Shown in pieces: positions 50,038 to 58,723 of a stretch of 64,000 nucleotides of DNA (positions within the stretch are counted from its first letter, which is position 1; each line of letters opens with the position of its first letter). The stretch spans positions 192,001 to 256,000 of the forward strand of contig OZ244937.1 of NCBI GenBank assembly GCA_965222075.1. The letters are read 5' to 3'. A program made the translations under genes and the position numbers. The notes under the pieces are model-generated. The model ran no database searches. It was not told the DNA's origin and saw only the letters and a list, made by a program, of their open reading frames with translations. The DNA comes from Candidatus Latescibacterota bacterium (lineage in GTDB: Bacteria; Latescibacterota; UBA2968; GCA-2709665).

Positions 50038-50892
50038 ATGGACGAGTACGAAAAGTACCTGTTCGATCTCAACGGCTACCTGGTTCTCGAAGACGTGCTA
50101 ACACCCCAAGAGGTCGCTGCCTGCAATGAGGCCATGGATCGGCACGCCGAGCGCATTCGGTCCGAAGAAGAGGCCAAATCAGGGATGTCCGGCGCCACGG
50201 CCTTCAAGGGCGATCGGGGCCTGGGTTATTTCACCGGGATGCTTACCTGGGACATGCCGTGGTGTCAGCCGTTCCGGGACATGCTGGCCCATCCCAGGGT
50301 GATGTCCTGTCTCTCTGAAATGTTGGGCGAGGCCTTTCGGCTGGACCACATCTACGGAATCACTATGCGGAAGGACACGGGGGGGCTATCGCTCCACGGC
50401 GGCGGCCATTTGCGCCATAATCTGGTGGACTACTACGGGTTCCTCAACGACCGGATGTGCTGCGGCGTCACCGTCGTCTCCTGGGCGCTGACCGACTCCG
50501 GCCCAGGAGACGGGGGCTTTGCCTGCATCCCGGGCAGCCACAAAGCCAACTATCCCCTGCCCCGCGACATGGCCCGCCTCGAAAAAGACCTCGGCGTGGT
50601 CGAACAGGTCCCGGTCAAAGCCGGCTCCGTCATCATCTTCCCCGAGGCGCTGGCCCACGGCACGCTTCCCTGGAAGGCCGACCACGAACGCCGGTCTGTC
50701 CTCTACAAGTACGCCCCCGGCGCGATGACCCACAACCCTCCCGACTCCAGCAAACATCCGACGGTTGTTACAGACACTCTGAACTACCGGCCCCGGGGTA
50801 TTGAGGAGGTCCTGGATGAATTGACGCCGGTCCAGCGGGCGTTGCTCGAGCCCCCCTACCATCCCAGGCGTTTTGACATCCCGGTCGGTTGA
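50038..50892 (+). CDS. PhyH-family Fe(II)/2OG enzyme, HxG type, copy 4
   Basis: YLFDLNGYL, LHGGG, IPGSHK, EALAHG, ERR. Confidence 0.88.
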   Translation: MDEYEKYLFDLNGYLVLEDVLTPQEVAACNEAMDRHAERIRSEEEAKSGMSGATAFKGDRGLGYFTGMLTWDMPWCQPFRDMLAHPRVMSCLSEMLGEAFRLDHIYGITMRKDTGGLSLHGGGHLRHNLVDYYGFLNDRMCCGVTVVSWALTDSGPGDGGFACIPGSHKANYPLPRDMARLEKDLGVVEQVPVKAGSVIIFPEALAHGTLPWKADHERRSVLYKYAPGAMTHNPPDSSKHPTVVTDTLNYRPRGIEEVLDELTPVQRALLEPPYHPRRFDIPVG

Positions 50893-51269
50893 CCGCGTCC
50901 CGCCCGGACTATCGGCCCAATTAACCGCCGTGCGGCCATCTGGACCTGCAAAGGGGAGTTCTTATGCCTGAACAAAACCCGTGCCGCCCAGGGCACGTTC
51001 GCACCTGTCCCGGCGAATTCAAAGTGGTCAGGTATGAGGTCCCGGTTTAAGCTTGTTTTAAAGATAATACCGCATATATTTTCTGTACGGAGAGTCCAGG
51101 ACGGAATGAGTGGCGCAGCCGCGCTCATCGTCCGGCGGTCCTGTGGAGCAGACTGCAATCCGACTCCAGTCTAGAAAAAGAGGCTGGAACCCGAACTGGC
51201 CGAATCGCCAGAGCGCCGTAGGAGGATCAGAAGCGCCATCGGCTGTCCGGCAGCCGAGAGGAGGTCCAT

Positions 51270-53990
51270 GTGGTTGGAGATCGACGATCGGTTTTAAAAT
51301 GGGATCGAACGTGGAGAGGCGTCCTGGTCACTGTTGTTGTTTGCAGCCTGTGGGCGGGGATAAGCCCCGCCGCTCAGAAACTGTCCCCCGCAGCTATCGA
51401 TTCCATCTACGGGATGGGGTTAAGAGCCGTGGATATCAGAAGTGTTCTGACAGCGGCGGAACAGCTCGAGAGGGCCGTATCAGACTATCCGAACTCTGCG
51501 GCTCTGCTGATCCGGATCGGCATGCTTTATCTGCGAGCGGAAGAGGCCGATGCTGCGCAGTCGGCGTTTCAGCGGGCCGTTCAGAAAAACCCAAAAAAGG
51601 TCGACGGGCACGTCGGTCTGGGCCGGGTCTATCTCGAGTTGAGGAATGATCCCGGAGGGGCACTACCGCACCTGCGGGCGGCGCTCGCGGCCGATTCCAC
51701 CTATGCCTGGACCCACCTCTTCATGGCCCGGGCGTTGGCGCAGATCGGCGGACGCTACCTGCGGGCGGAACTGGCCGACAGCGCCCGATCAGCGTTCCAG
51801 CAGGCGGTCGGGCACGATCCCATGCTAACGGCTGCACACCTCGGCTTAGGGCGCGTCTACCTGGAGATGGAAGGCGATCCGGAAGGTGCGCTGCCTCACC
51901 TCAAGGCGGCCGTGGCGGCCGATTCCACAGACGCCGGGGCGCACTATCTCCTGGCCCGGGCCTATCGGGAGCTGGAGCGTGTGGAGGCGAGGAAGGCGGC
52001 CGGCCGGGCGATTCGCCACGACCCGACGTATGCCCCGGCCTACCTGCTCCTGGCCGAATCGTATCGCGAGGAGGGCAATCGGCCAGCGGTGATGGTCTAC
52101 TACAAGAAATACCTTGAGCAGCAACCGGCAGACCAGGAGCCGGCCTACGCGTTTGCCCTGGAGCTGCTGGAGGAGAAGCGGTCGAAAGACCTGGAGGAGA
52201 TCACCTCCCTGATGACAGATGATGAGGCGCTGCCCCTGCTGGCGCACGCGCTGATGCACCGGGGCGACCACCAGGGTGCAATCCGGGCGTTTAAGCTCTA
52301 CATCGACAGTTTGGACCCGAAAGAGCGGGGGCTCTACACCGACATTTCCCTGGTGGGGCTGCCCCGCGAACTTGAGGCCTACGAGACGACGCCTCCGGAC
52401 AGGCGGGAGGCGTTTCTGCGGCAGTTCTGGCTGCGCCACGACCCGTTCAAGGCCACCGCTGGGGCGATGCGCCGCGCAGAGCATTACCGGAGGGTCTGGT
52501 ACGCTCGATACCATTATGGGAAGAAGAAGTGGCCGTGGGACCGGCGCGGGGAGGTCTACATCCGCTACGGGGAGCCCGACTATCGCTCCGCCTCCGACAA
52601 CATGAATGCCAAGATCCCCCCCGCCGTACAGCTCGTACAGGACCGGATGGCCTACGAGCTCTACGGACAGGCGGCGACCGGGCTGACCTTTCTGGGGCCG
52701 GTGTTCCCCATCCGAACGGACCTCGGGGCCTATGAGGAACCTCCCCCGGACTTTTCTGATCTCGAAGGGATGGTGGACCTGGAGGGGCTTCCCCTGATTT
52801 CGGAGTCCGAGACGAACCCGTTCAGCGATACGGATGTTGCGGGCGTGCGGCTGGATCCCGAGTTCACGGTCAGCCTCAGCGGATCGAAGCCGGTGGTGGT
52901 GGGCAACAACTGGGCGGCCGTGCCCTGGGAGGTCTGGGTCTATACGGACGTGGGTGACGGCCTGGAGGTGGCGTTCACCGATGAACCCCGCAACGGCAAC
53001 TACGACTACGCCCCTATCCCCAGCGTGAAACAGAGGGACCTGGACCGTCTCGACGAGGATCGCTACGCGGGGCAGACGGCCTACATGCGTCTGATCCAGC
53101 GGCTGACCGAGCTGTCCCCCTCCGTCCGGGTGGCCAAAGTGGTGCGGGAGCAGCCCGAACGCTACGACGTGACCGATTTCGAGCCGCTCGACTTCACCTA
53201 CGACGCGGTCTCCTTCCGGGGGCCAGACGGCCGGACGGAGGTACAGGTGAACGTCGGCATCCCCATCGAAAACGTGGCCCCGTCACTCAGGGCCGACACC
53301 ACGGTCATGGTGAATCGCCGCGTCGCGCTGATCGACGAGCAGCATACGCAGGTGTTTCCCTTGCAGCAGGACCTGGAGGTGCCGATCTCCGGACGGAGAC
53401 AGGGCCGGGCGCTGCTGGACCGGGTGGACATGGTCGTGATGCCCGGGGCCTACGAACTGGCCGTGCAGGTGCATCGCCACAACACCAACCGGCTCCAGTC
53501 TTATGTGCAGGACCTGTCTCTGGAGGATTACTCCGGGAACGACCTGAAGCTCAGCGACCTCTTTTTGGCAAAGGAGGTGACCCAAGCCAGACCTGCGTCT
53601 GACCCGAAATTCGTGCGGGGCGGATGGGAGATCAGGCCGCTGCCGTCGCACGTCTTCCACGTGGGACAGCACGTATCCGTCTATTTCGAAATCTACAACC
53701 TGATGCGGGATAAGTTCGGGGCTACGCACTACGAGGTGGCCTACGAGGTCCATGCATCTGGAACCTACGGGCTGTTGACGCCCATCCTGACGAAGATTCT
53801 GGGGCGGACGGGGACCACGGCGACGGTGCGCTACGAACAGACAGGCACTGAGGAGTGGGTTTCCGGCTATGTAGAAATGGATATCGGGGAGGCCTCTCCA
53901 GGCCGCTACGTGGTCCGGATGACGGTGGTGGACCTGAACAGCGGGCAGGAGGTGAGCAAGGAGGGGATGTTTTGGGTAAAAGAGGAGTAG
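51270..53990 (+). CDS. secreted TPR-repeat + GWxTD-like domain protein
   Basis: GTG behind GGAGG, signal peptide ending PAA-Q, TPR-like helices, FLRQFWLRHDP, WDRRGEVYIRYGEPD and two beta-rich C-terminal modules. Confidence 0.87.
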   Translation: MVGDRRSVLKWDRTWRGVLVTVVVCSLWAGISPAAQKLSPAAIDSIYGMGLRAVDIRSVLTAAEQLERAVSDYPNSAALLIRIGMLYLRAEEADAAQSAFQRAVQKNPKKVDGHVGLGRVYLELRNDPGGALPHLRAALAADSTYAWTHLFMARALAQIGGRYLRAELADSARSAFQQAVGHDPMLTAAHLGLGRVYLEMEGDPEGALPHLKAAVAADSTDAGAHYLLARAYRELERVEARKAAGRAIRHDPTYAPAYLLLAESYREEGNRPAVMVYYKKYLEQQPADQEPAYAFALELLEEKRSKDLEEITSLMTDDEALPLLAHALMHRGDHQGAIRAFKLYIDSLDPKERGLYTDISLVGLPRELEAYETTPPDRREAFLRQFWLRHDPFKATAGAMRRAEHYRRVWYARYHYGKKKWPWDRRGEVYIRYGEPDYRSASDNMNAKIPPAVQLVQDRMAYELYGQAATGLTFLGPVFPIRTDLGAYEEPPPDFSDLEGMVDLEGLPLISESETNPFSDTDVAGVRLDPEFTVSLSGSKPVVVGNNWAAVPWEVWVYTDVGDGLEVAFTDEPRNGNYDYAPIPSVKQRDLDRLDEDRYAGQTAYMRLIQRLTELSPSVRVAKVVREQPERYDVTDFEPLDFTYDAVSFRGPDGRTEVQVNVGIPIENVAPSLRADTTVMVNRRVALIDEQHTQVFPLQQDLEVPISGRRQGRALLDRVDMVVMPGAYELAVQVHRHNTNRLQSYVQDLSLEDYSGNDLKLSDLFLAKEVTQARPASDPKFVRGGWEIRPLPSHVFHVGQHVSVYFEIYNLMRDKFGATHYEVAYEVHASGTYGLLTPILTKILGRTGTTATVRYEQTGTEEWVSGYVEMDIGEASPGRYVVRMTVVDLNSGQEVSKEGMFWVKEE

Positions 53991-54887
53991 GCGAGGACAA
54001 CCGTTCAACAAATAAGTGAGGGGTGTGCATAAATCTTGACATAGTCGGCAAAAGGTCACCACTTGTAGAAGACACCCATCTTCACAAGGAGGCGATCGAT
54101 GAAAGAACCAACAATCACCGACTATGTCGAGCTCATACATACACTATTCGACCGCTTTGCACAAGCCCAAAGAGCCACCCCCAAACAGGGGCGCCCATAC
54201 ATCTACAAAAATAAGCCCTTATTGGTGTTTTTCACCCTGATGCAGTTTCAGCACATCACCCAGTTTAAAACGCAACATCGCTGGCTGAAAACTCATCCTC
54301 AGCATCAGCAACTGCTGGGATTTGAGACCCTTCCAGATCGCAGTACACTGTCTCGTCGATATAAGGTATTCTATCCCACCATCCAGGCCTTAGTCGCCTT
54401 CGTGGGAGAAGATGTCGCGGATTTGGAAGCAGGCTTTGGCGATAAAAATCTTTACGAGGACAAGAGTCCTTTCAAAGCCGCCGGTCCTGTATGGCATCAA
54501 AGCGATCGCAAAGTGGGTCGCGTGCCGGAGAACCTGCGGCGCTTGGACCAGGATGCCAGTTGGTGCAATAGTGCCTATCATAAATGGGTCTATGGCTATA
54601 GCCTGCATCTGACCTGTTCACAAGTCGGATTTCCTAAGCTGGTGCAAGTCGAGACGGGCACAGTGTCCGAAAGTCAGGTCATCGATGAGAAAATCGAGCG
54701 CTGTTACGAAGCCGCCGCACAGCCATCGAACCCATTTTTGATCTGATCGCCAAATTGCTGGGCGCCACCGATAATCATAAACAGCTTTCCATCCAGGGGC
54801 TGTGTAACGTGCGTACTCATTTGGCCTTAGCTGTTTTCACCCTTCAGGTTGCGATGATCGCCAATAGCATTTGGGGGATGCCTCTAA

Positions 54888-55285
54888 CCTGAATAATTCA
54901 CAAAAAAAAGGACCTCTCCCCCCGGCCCCCTCTCCTGCGAGGAGAGGGGGAGCCGAACGAAGTGTTGCGTAAACAACGTTTTATACATTCTGTGATTGCT
55001 CGGACAACGCCATCTCGTCACCCTCCCAATTGCAATTCGCCGACCAATCACGATGTTTCGACCGGATTTTCTTTCATTCGAAACGTCTTCATCCAATCCA
55101 ACCGTTCATTAACCGATCACAGTTCCCCCTTCCTCTCAGGAAGGGGGGCAGGGGGTAGGTCTCGTCTGTTTCAAACGACCCAAATCCAGAATGTATTACA
55201 CATGGGGATTCACTCTCTCTATTCACTCAGAAGCTGTTTTTGCTTCGTGATACCGCTATCCGTGAAAATTCATGAATTAATCAGG
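54888..55285. mobile_element. 398-bp MITE-like element nested in the transposase
   Basis: 13-bp TIRs CCTGAATAATTCA / TGAATTAATCAGG (12 of 13 complementary) and 4-bp TSD CTAA (54884-54887, 55286-55289). Excision restores the reading frame. Confidence 0.88.
54911..55161. repeat. inverted pair of REP-like GC hairpins flanking a gene remnant
   Basis: CCCCCTCTCCT-gcg-AGGAGAGGGGG (54926-54950) and CCCCCTTCCT-ctc-AGGAAGGGGG (55125-55147), each with a GACCT / AGGTC tail, in opposite orientation. Confidence 0.75.
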
Positions 55286-55350
55286 CTAAGGACTATCTCA
55301 CACATCATCGCTGCTTTTACCTGAATTGTGCACACCCCTCAACTAAGTGG

Positions 55351-55379
55351 TTGACAAATAACGGTAACGGTGGTATTAT
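55351..55379 (+). promoter_or_regulatory. sigma70-type promoter for the TonB-dependent receptor operon
   Basis: TTGACA (55351-55356), 17-bp spacer, extended -10 TG-n-TATTAT (55371-55379). Confidence 0.78.
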
Positions 55380-55469
55380 GCATCAGTGATTTCCGGTTAG
55401 AGAATTACATGGCGATTAAGCCATAGAAAAAGCAGCAGAAGCCGGGACTTTTCGTAAGGAGGTTATCGT

Positions 55470-58400
55470 ATGGGTCGTGTATTTCGGTTTTTCGGCGTCG
55501 TTCTCGGCCTCTGCCTGCTGGTCGGGCCGGCCTGGTCGCAGTCGTCTTACGGGAAGCTCACCGGGACGGTGACCGATGCGAAGGTCGAGACCCTGCCCGG
55601 CGCAAACGTGGTCCTCGAGGGCACCCGCTTCGGGGCCACCACCGACGCGGAGGGTGTGTACGTAATCCTGGGCATCGAGCCTGGCGTCTACGCGGTGAAG
55701 GTCTCGATAGTCGGCTACGAGTCAATGGTGCAACAGAAGGTACAGGTGGCTGCGGGCCGGACCTCGACGGCGAATTTCACGCTACGGGAGTCGGCGATTG
55801 AGGCGGCGGAGATCGTCGTGACGGCCGAACGGCCCCTCATCGAGATGGACCGGACCGGCAGCGAAACCAAACTCTCCGAGCAGGCCATCGAGCAGACGCC
55901 GATCCTTCGAGACACGAAGCAGCACCTCGAATTCGTGGCAGGGGTCGATCCGGTCAGCAAGGGCGTCGATCGCGGACGCGGCTACAGGTCGTCAAACGGC
56001 GTGCGCATCCGGCGTCAGTTCGGGCAGCTCGCCGACCAGTGGCAGAGCTGGACCCTGGACGGAATCGAGTTGACGATCCTGGATAACGGATACCAGAATT
56101 TCCATCGGCAGTACACCAACATCCCCGTGACCTCCATCGCCGAAATGGCAGTGGTCAAAGGGGGAATCAGTGTGGCCCACGTCTCCACCCTGTCCGGTGT
56201 GGTCAACATCGTCAGCCGCGAGGGGGGGAGGAACTACCACGGCGGGCTCGACGTGTGGATCGAGCCGCCGGGCAAGCGCCACCGCGGGTCCAACGTCTAC
56301 GACGCAACGGTGGGGCAGCGGGGCGGCACGAACGGATTGTGGCAGGACAAGCTCCGGTGGAACGACCCGGACTGGGTCAACGAGGTTGATCCGGTCTCAG
56401 GTCAGCAGATCCACGTCAAGCAGGACTACGAGGGGGCCGTCGGGCACCTCGTGGAGGGATGGTTCTCCGGTCCTCTGGGCAAGAACTCCACGTTCATCGT
56501 GAGCGGAAAGACGGCGCGGGCCAAGGAGATATTCCCCGCGCCCACGCGCGTTGGCCTGCGCCAGTGGTCGGTGTTCGGAAAGCTCGCGTACACGCCCGCC
56601 GACAACCTGAAGCTGAAGCTGGGCTACAACCAGTCGAGCGAACCCCGCTACCAGGGGGACCTCCGGGGCCCGAACACCAACCTGTTTCTGGTGAGGGGGC
56701 ACACGGGCTACGAGCAGCAGTGGCGGAACCTGGTCTTATACACCACGGCTACCCACACGCTCAGCCCGAAGGCCTTCCACGAATTCCAGGTAGGATTCTA
56801 CAGGACGAGCATCGACACGACGAAGGACACGGACAAGACCGCGAGCTCCTGGAGGAGCGACGAGCTGGGGAAGTTCAGGGTGGACAGGCAGTTCCGCCAG
56901 ATCAGGACGGACTACAACCGACGTTACCAATTCCGATATGACCTCACGGGTCAGGTGACGCGCCGGAACCTGTTCAAGACCGGGCTTTCCTACCAGGTGT
57001 TCCGCAACTACACCTACCAATACGACCAGCGGAGCGCAAGCGCCGGTACTATCTACATGATCGCGGAGGACAGCAAAATCAACAAACGCTACACGGCTAA
57101 CCGGCTGGCGTTGTACGCGGAGGACAAGATTGAGTTCCAGGGACTCATCGTCAATGTAGGCCTCCGATATGAGGTCCTGTGGGGCGGCCCCAGGAGACCG
57201 ATGAGCGGCTTTCTCCGCTCTCTGCCGAGCAACGGAACCTACAACGCCTACCAGACGAGGATTCCTTTGGGGCGCGCGAAACCGATGGTCACCTGGCAGC
57301 CCCGGGTGGCCCTCTCCCATCCGCTCACCGACCGTGCCGTGGTCCGCTACTCCATCGGCCAGTACAGCAAGCCGTCCATGTTCGGTCAGATCTGGGGCGA
57401 GACCTGGGAGACCAAAAGGCTCAAGGACCACCCGGAGCTGGACGGCACGTGGGGAAGCGGGCGCTCGCCGAACGGCGGCGGGTGGCGCCTGGACAGCGCC
57501 TTTCACGACCCAGGGGGGTTCTCCCGGATGACCGAGTTCGAGGTCTCCGGGGAGTGGAACTTCGTCAGCGATTTCGTGCTGGACGCCGCCGTCTACTACC
57601 GCCGGTTGGCGGGCACGAACAGCCTGATCTTCCGCCGGTTCTGGGACCCGGTCCGCAGGCTGGTGAACGACTCCCGCGGCCAGGGACCCCAGGGCCGGTT
57701 CGAGTCGCGTGCGATAGAGCTCTCCATCTACAAGCCGTTCTCCAGGAACTTCTCCTTCCGGGTCTCCCTGGACGTGGGATGGGCCTTCAACCTGACCACG
57801 GCCACGGGCAAGTGGCCCCGCCTCATCTACTTCTACCCGGATTCCACCTTCATCGCCAGTGAGTACTACTTCTTTGTGGATGAAAATGACAACCCAGTGC
57901 CGCTCACGGACGCCCAGATCCGGGACATCGGGAGCAGGGCCAACAAGGTCCTGCGGGCCCGGATGAACACCCAGCAGAACCAGACGGCCAAGCAGAACCG
58001 GTTTTACTATTCGGACTACCTGCCCTACCGAGACGCCCTCCCCCACCTCACCGAAGAGGAGAAGAACCTGCCCTGGCACCAGGGGATCTGGGCCACCGAG
58101 GGCTACTGGCCCGACAAGCGCCCCCGCTACACTCCACCGCCCGTCGCGCAGGCCACCTTCCAGTTCCTCTGGTCCACCCCCTCCGACTGGGGCCCCGGGC
58201 CGACCGTGGGGGGATCTAGAATCCTGGGCGGCATCCAGGCCAACCTGGTCTGGCGGTTCGACAGCGGGAACGGAATCCGGTTCACGCCCCCGGGAGCGAG
58301 CTGGTGGGGCGCAAAAAGCGGACCGATGTTCGTGCGGACCGACCTGAACTTCCAGAAGACCTTTAACACGGAAAAGTTCAGGCACACGGTATACGTAGAG

Positions 58401-58583
58401 GTGTTCAACCTCTTCAACTCCTACGTGGACCGCGGGAGCGAACACCCCGGGGAGGCCTACATCAGATGGGGGCTCTTCGGGCCAGTGCCGAGCGACGCGA
58501 AATACCAGAAGTATGGCGATCCGTTGCCGTTCCGGGGCGGCACCCCGCGCTACGTGAACGCGGGCGTACGGATCAGGTTCTGA
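55470..58583 (+). CDS. TonB-dependent receptor with N-terminal carboxypeptidase-regulatory-like domain
   Basis: Signal peptide, GKLTGTVTD...LPGANVVLEGT..GATTD, EIVVTAERP, SGVVNIVSREG plug, YAEDKIEF, NVGLRY, terminal VRIRF. AAGGAGG RBS. Confidence 0.9.
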   Translation: MGRVFRFFGVVLGLCLLVGPAWSQSSYGKLTGTVTDAKVETLPGANVVLEGTRFGATTDAEGVYVILGIEPGVYAVKVSIVGYESMVQQKVQVAAGRTSTANFTLRESAIEAAEIVVTAERPLIEMDRTGSETKLSEQAIEQTPILRDTKQHLEFVAGVDPVSKGVDRGRGYRSSNGVRIRRQFGQLADQWQSWTLDGIELTILDNGYQNFHRQYTNIPVTSIAEMAVVKGGISVAHVSTLSGVVNIVSREGGRNYHGGLDVWIEPPGKRHRGSNVYDATVGQRGGTNGLWQDKLRWNDPDWVNEVDPVSGQQIHVKQDYEGAVGHLVEGWFSGPLGKNSTFIVSGKTARAKEIFPAPTRVGLRQWSVFGKLAYTPADNLKLKLGYNQSSEPRYQGDLRGPNTNLFLVRGHTGYEQQWRNLVLYTTATHTLSPKAFHEFQVGFYRTSIDTTKDTDKTASSWRSDELGKFRVDRQFRQIRTDYNRRYQFRYDLTGQVTRRNLFKTGLSYQVFRNYTYQYDQRSASAGTIYMIAEDSKINKRYTANRLALYAEDKIEFQGLIVNVGLRYEVLWGGPRRPMSGFLRSLPSNGTYNAYQTRIPLGRAKPMVTWQPRVALSHPLTDRAVVRYSIGQYSKPSMFGQIWGETWETKRLKDHPELDGTWGSGRSPNGGGWRLDSAFHDPGGFSRMTEFEVSGEWNFVSDFVLDAAVYYRRLAGTNSLIFRRFWDPVRRLVNDSRGQGPQGRFESRAIELSIYKPFSRNFSFRVSLDVGWAFNLTTATGKWPRLIYFYPDSTFIASEYYFFVDENDNPVPLTDAQIRDIGSRANKVLRARMNTQQNQTAKQNRFYYSDYLPYRDALPHLTEEEKNLPWHQGIWATEGYWPDKRPRYTPPPVAQATFQFLWSTPSDWGPGPTVGGSRILGGIQANLVWRFDSGNGIRFTPPGASWWGAKSGPMFVRTDLNFQKTFNTEKFRHTVYVEVFNLFNSYVDRGSEHPGEAYIRWGLFGPVPSDAKYQKYGDPLPFRGGTPRYVNAGVRIRF

Positions 58584-58621
58584 GAATGGTGTGGTGTAAT
58601 CGTTCAGGTGGACCTTCCATT

Positions 58622-58699
58622 TTTACCGCAAGAGGCGCAGAGATCGCAGAAACAGTCGTGGTTCGGTAAGCGTATCTCTCTCCGGGTCTCTGTGGTGAA
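58622..58699. repeat. degenerate inverted CGCAGAG-type intergenic repeat
   Basis: TTTACCGCAAGAGGCGCAGAGATCGCAGA faces TCTCTCTCCGGGTCTCTGTGGTGAA. Confidence 0.45.
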
Positions 58700-58723
58700 C
58701 GCTTACATCAGAAGAGGAGAAAT

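Larger units (their letters stand above)
54099..55324 (+). pseudogene. transposase, frameshifted / internally deleted and interrupted by a MITE
   Basis: PDRSTLSRR, YEDKS, WVYGYSLHL. Continues in another frame as RRTAIEPIF...NSIWGMPL, then RTISHIIAAFT* after the nested insert. Confidence 0.82.
54018..55340 (+). mobile_element. defective DDE insertion sequence (IS982/IS4-like)
   Basis: TIRs GAGGGGTGTGCA (54018-54029) and TGCACACCCCTC (55329-55340). Flanking 8-bp near-direct repeats AAATAAGT / AACTAAGT. Visibly lower GC and a transposase remnant inside. Confidence 0.85.

Noticed and set aside
54962-55324. 120-aa + strand ORF inside the IS
   Set aside because: It runs through the MITE hairpins and only its last codons belong to the transposase. 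It is an artefact of the nested insertion.
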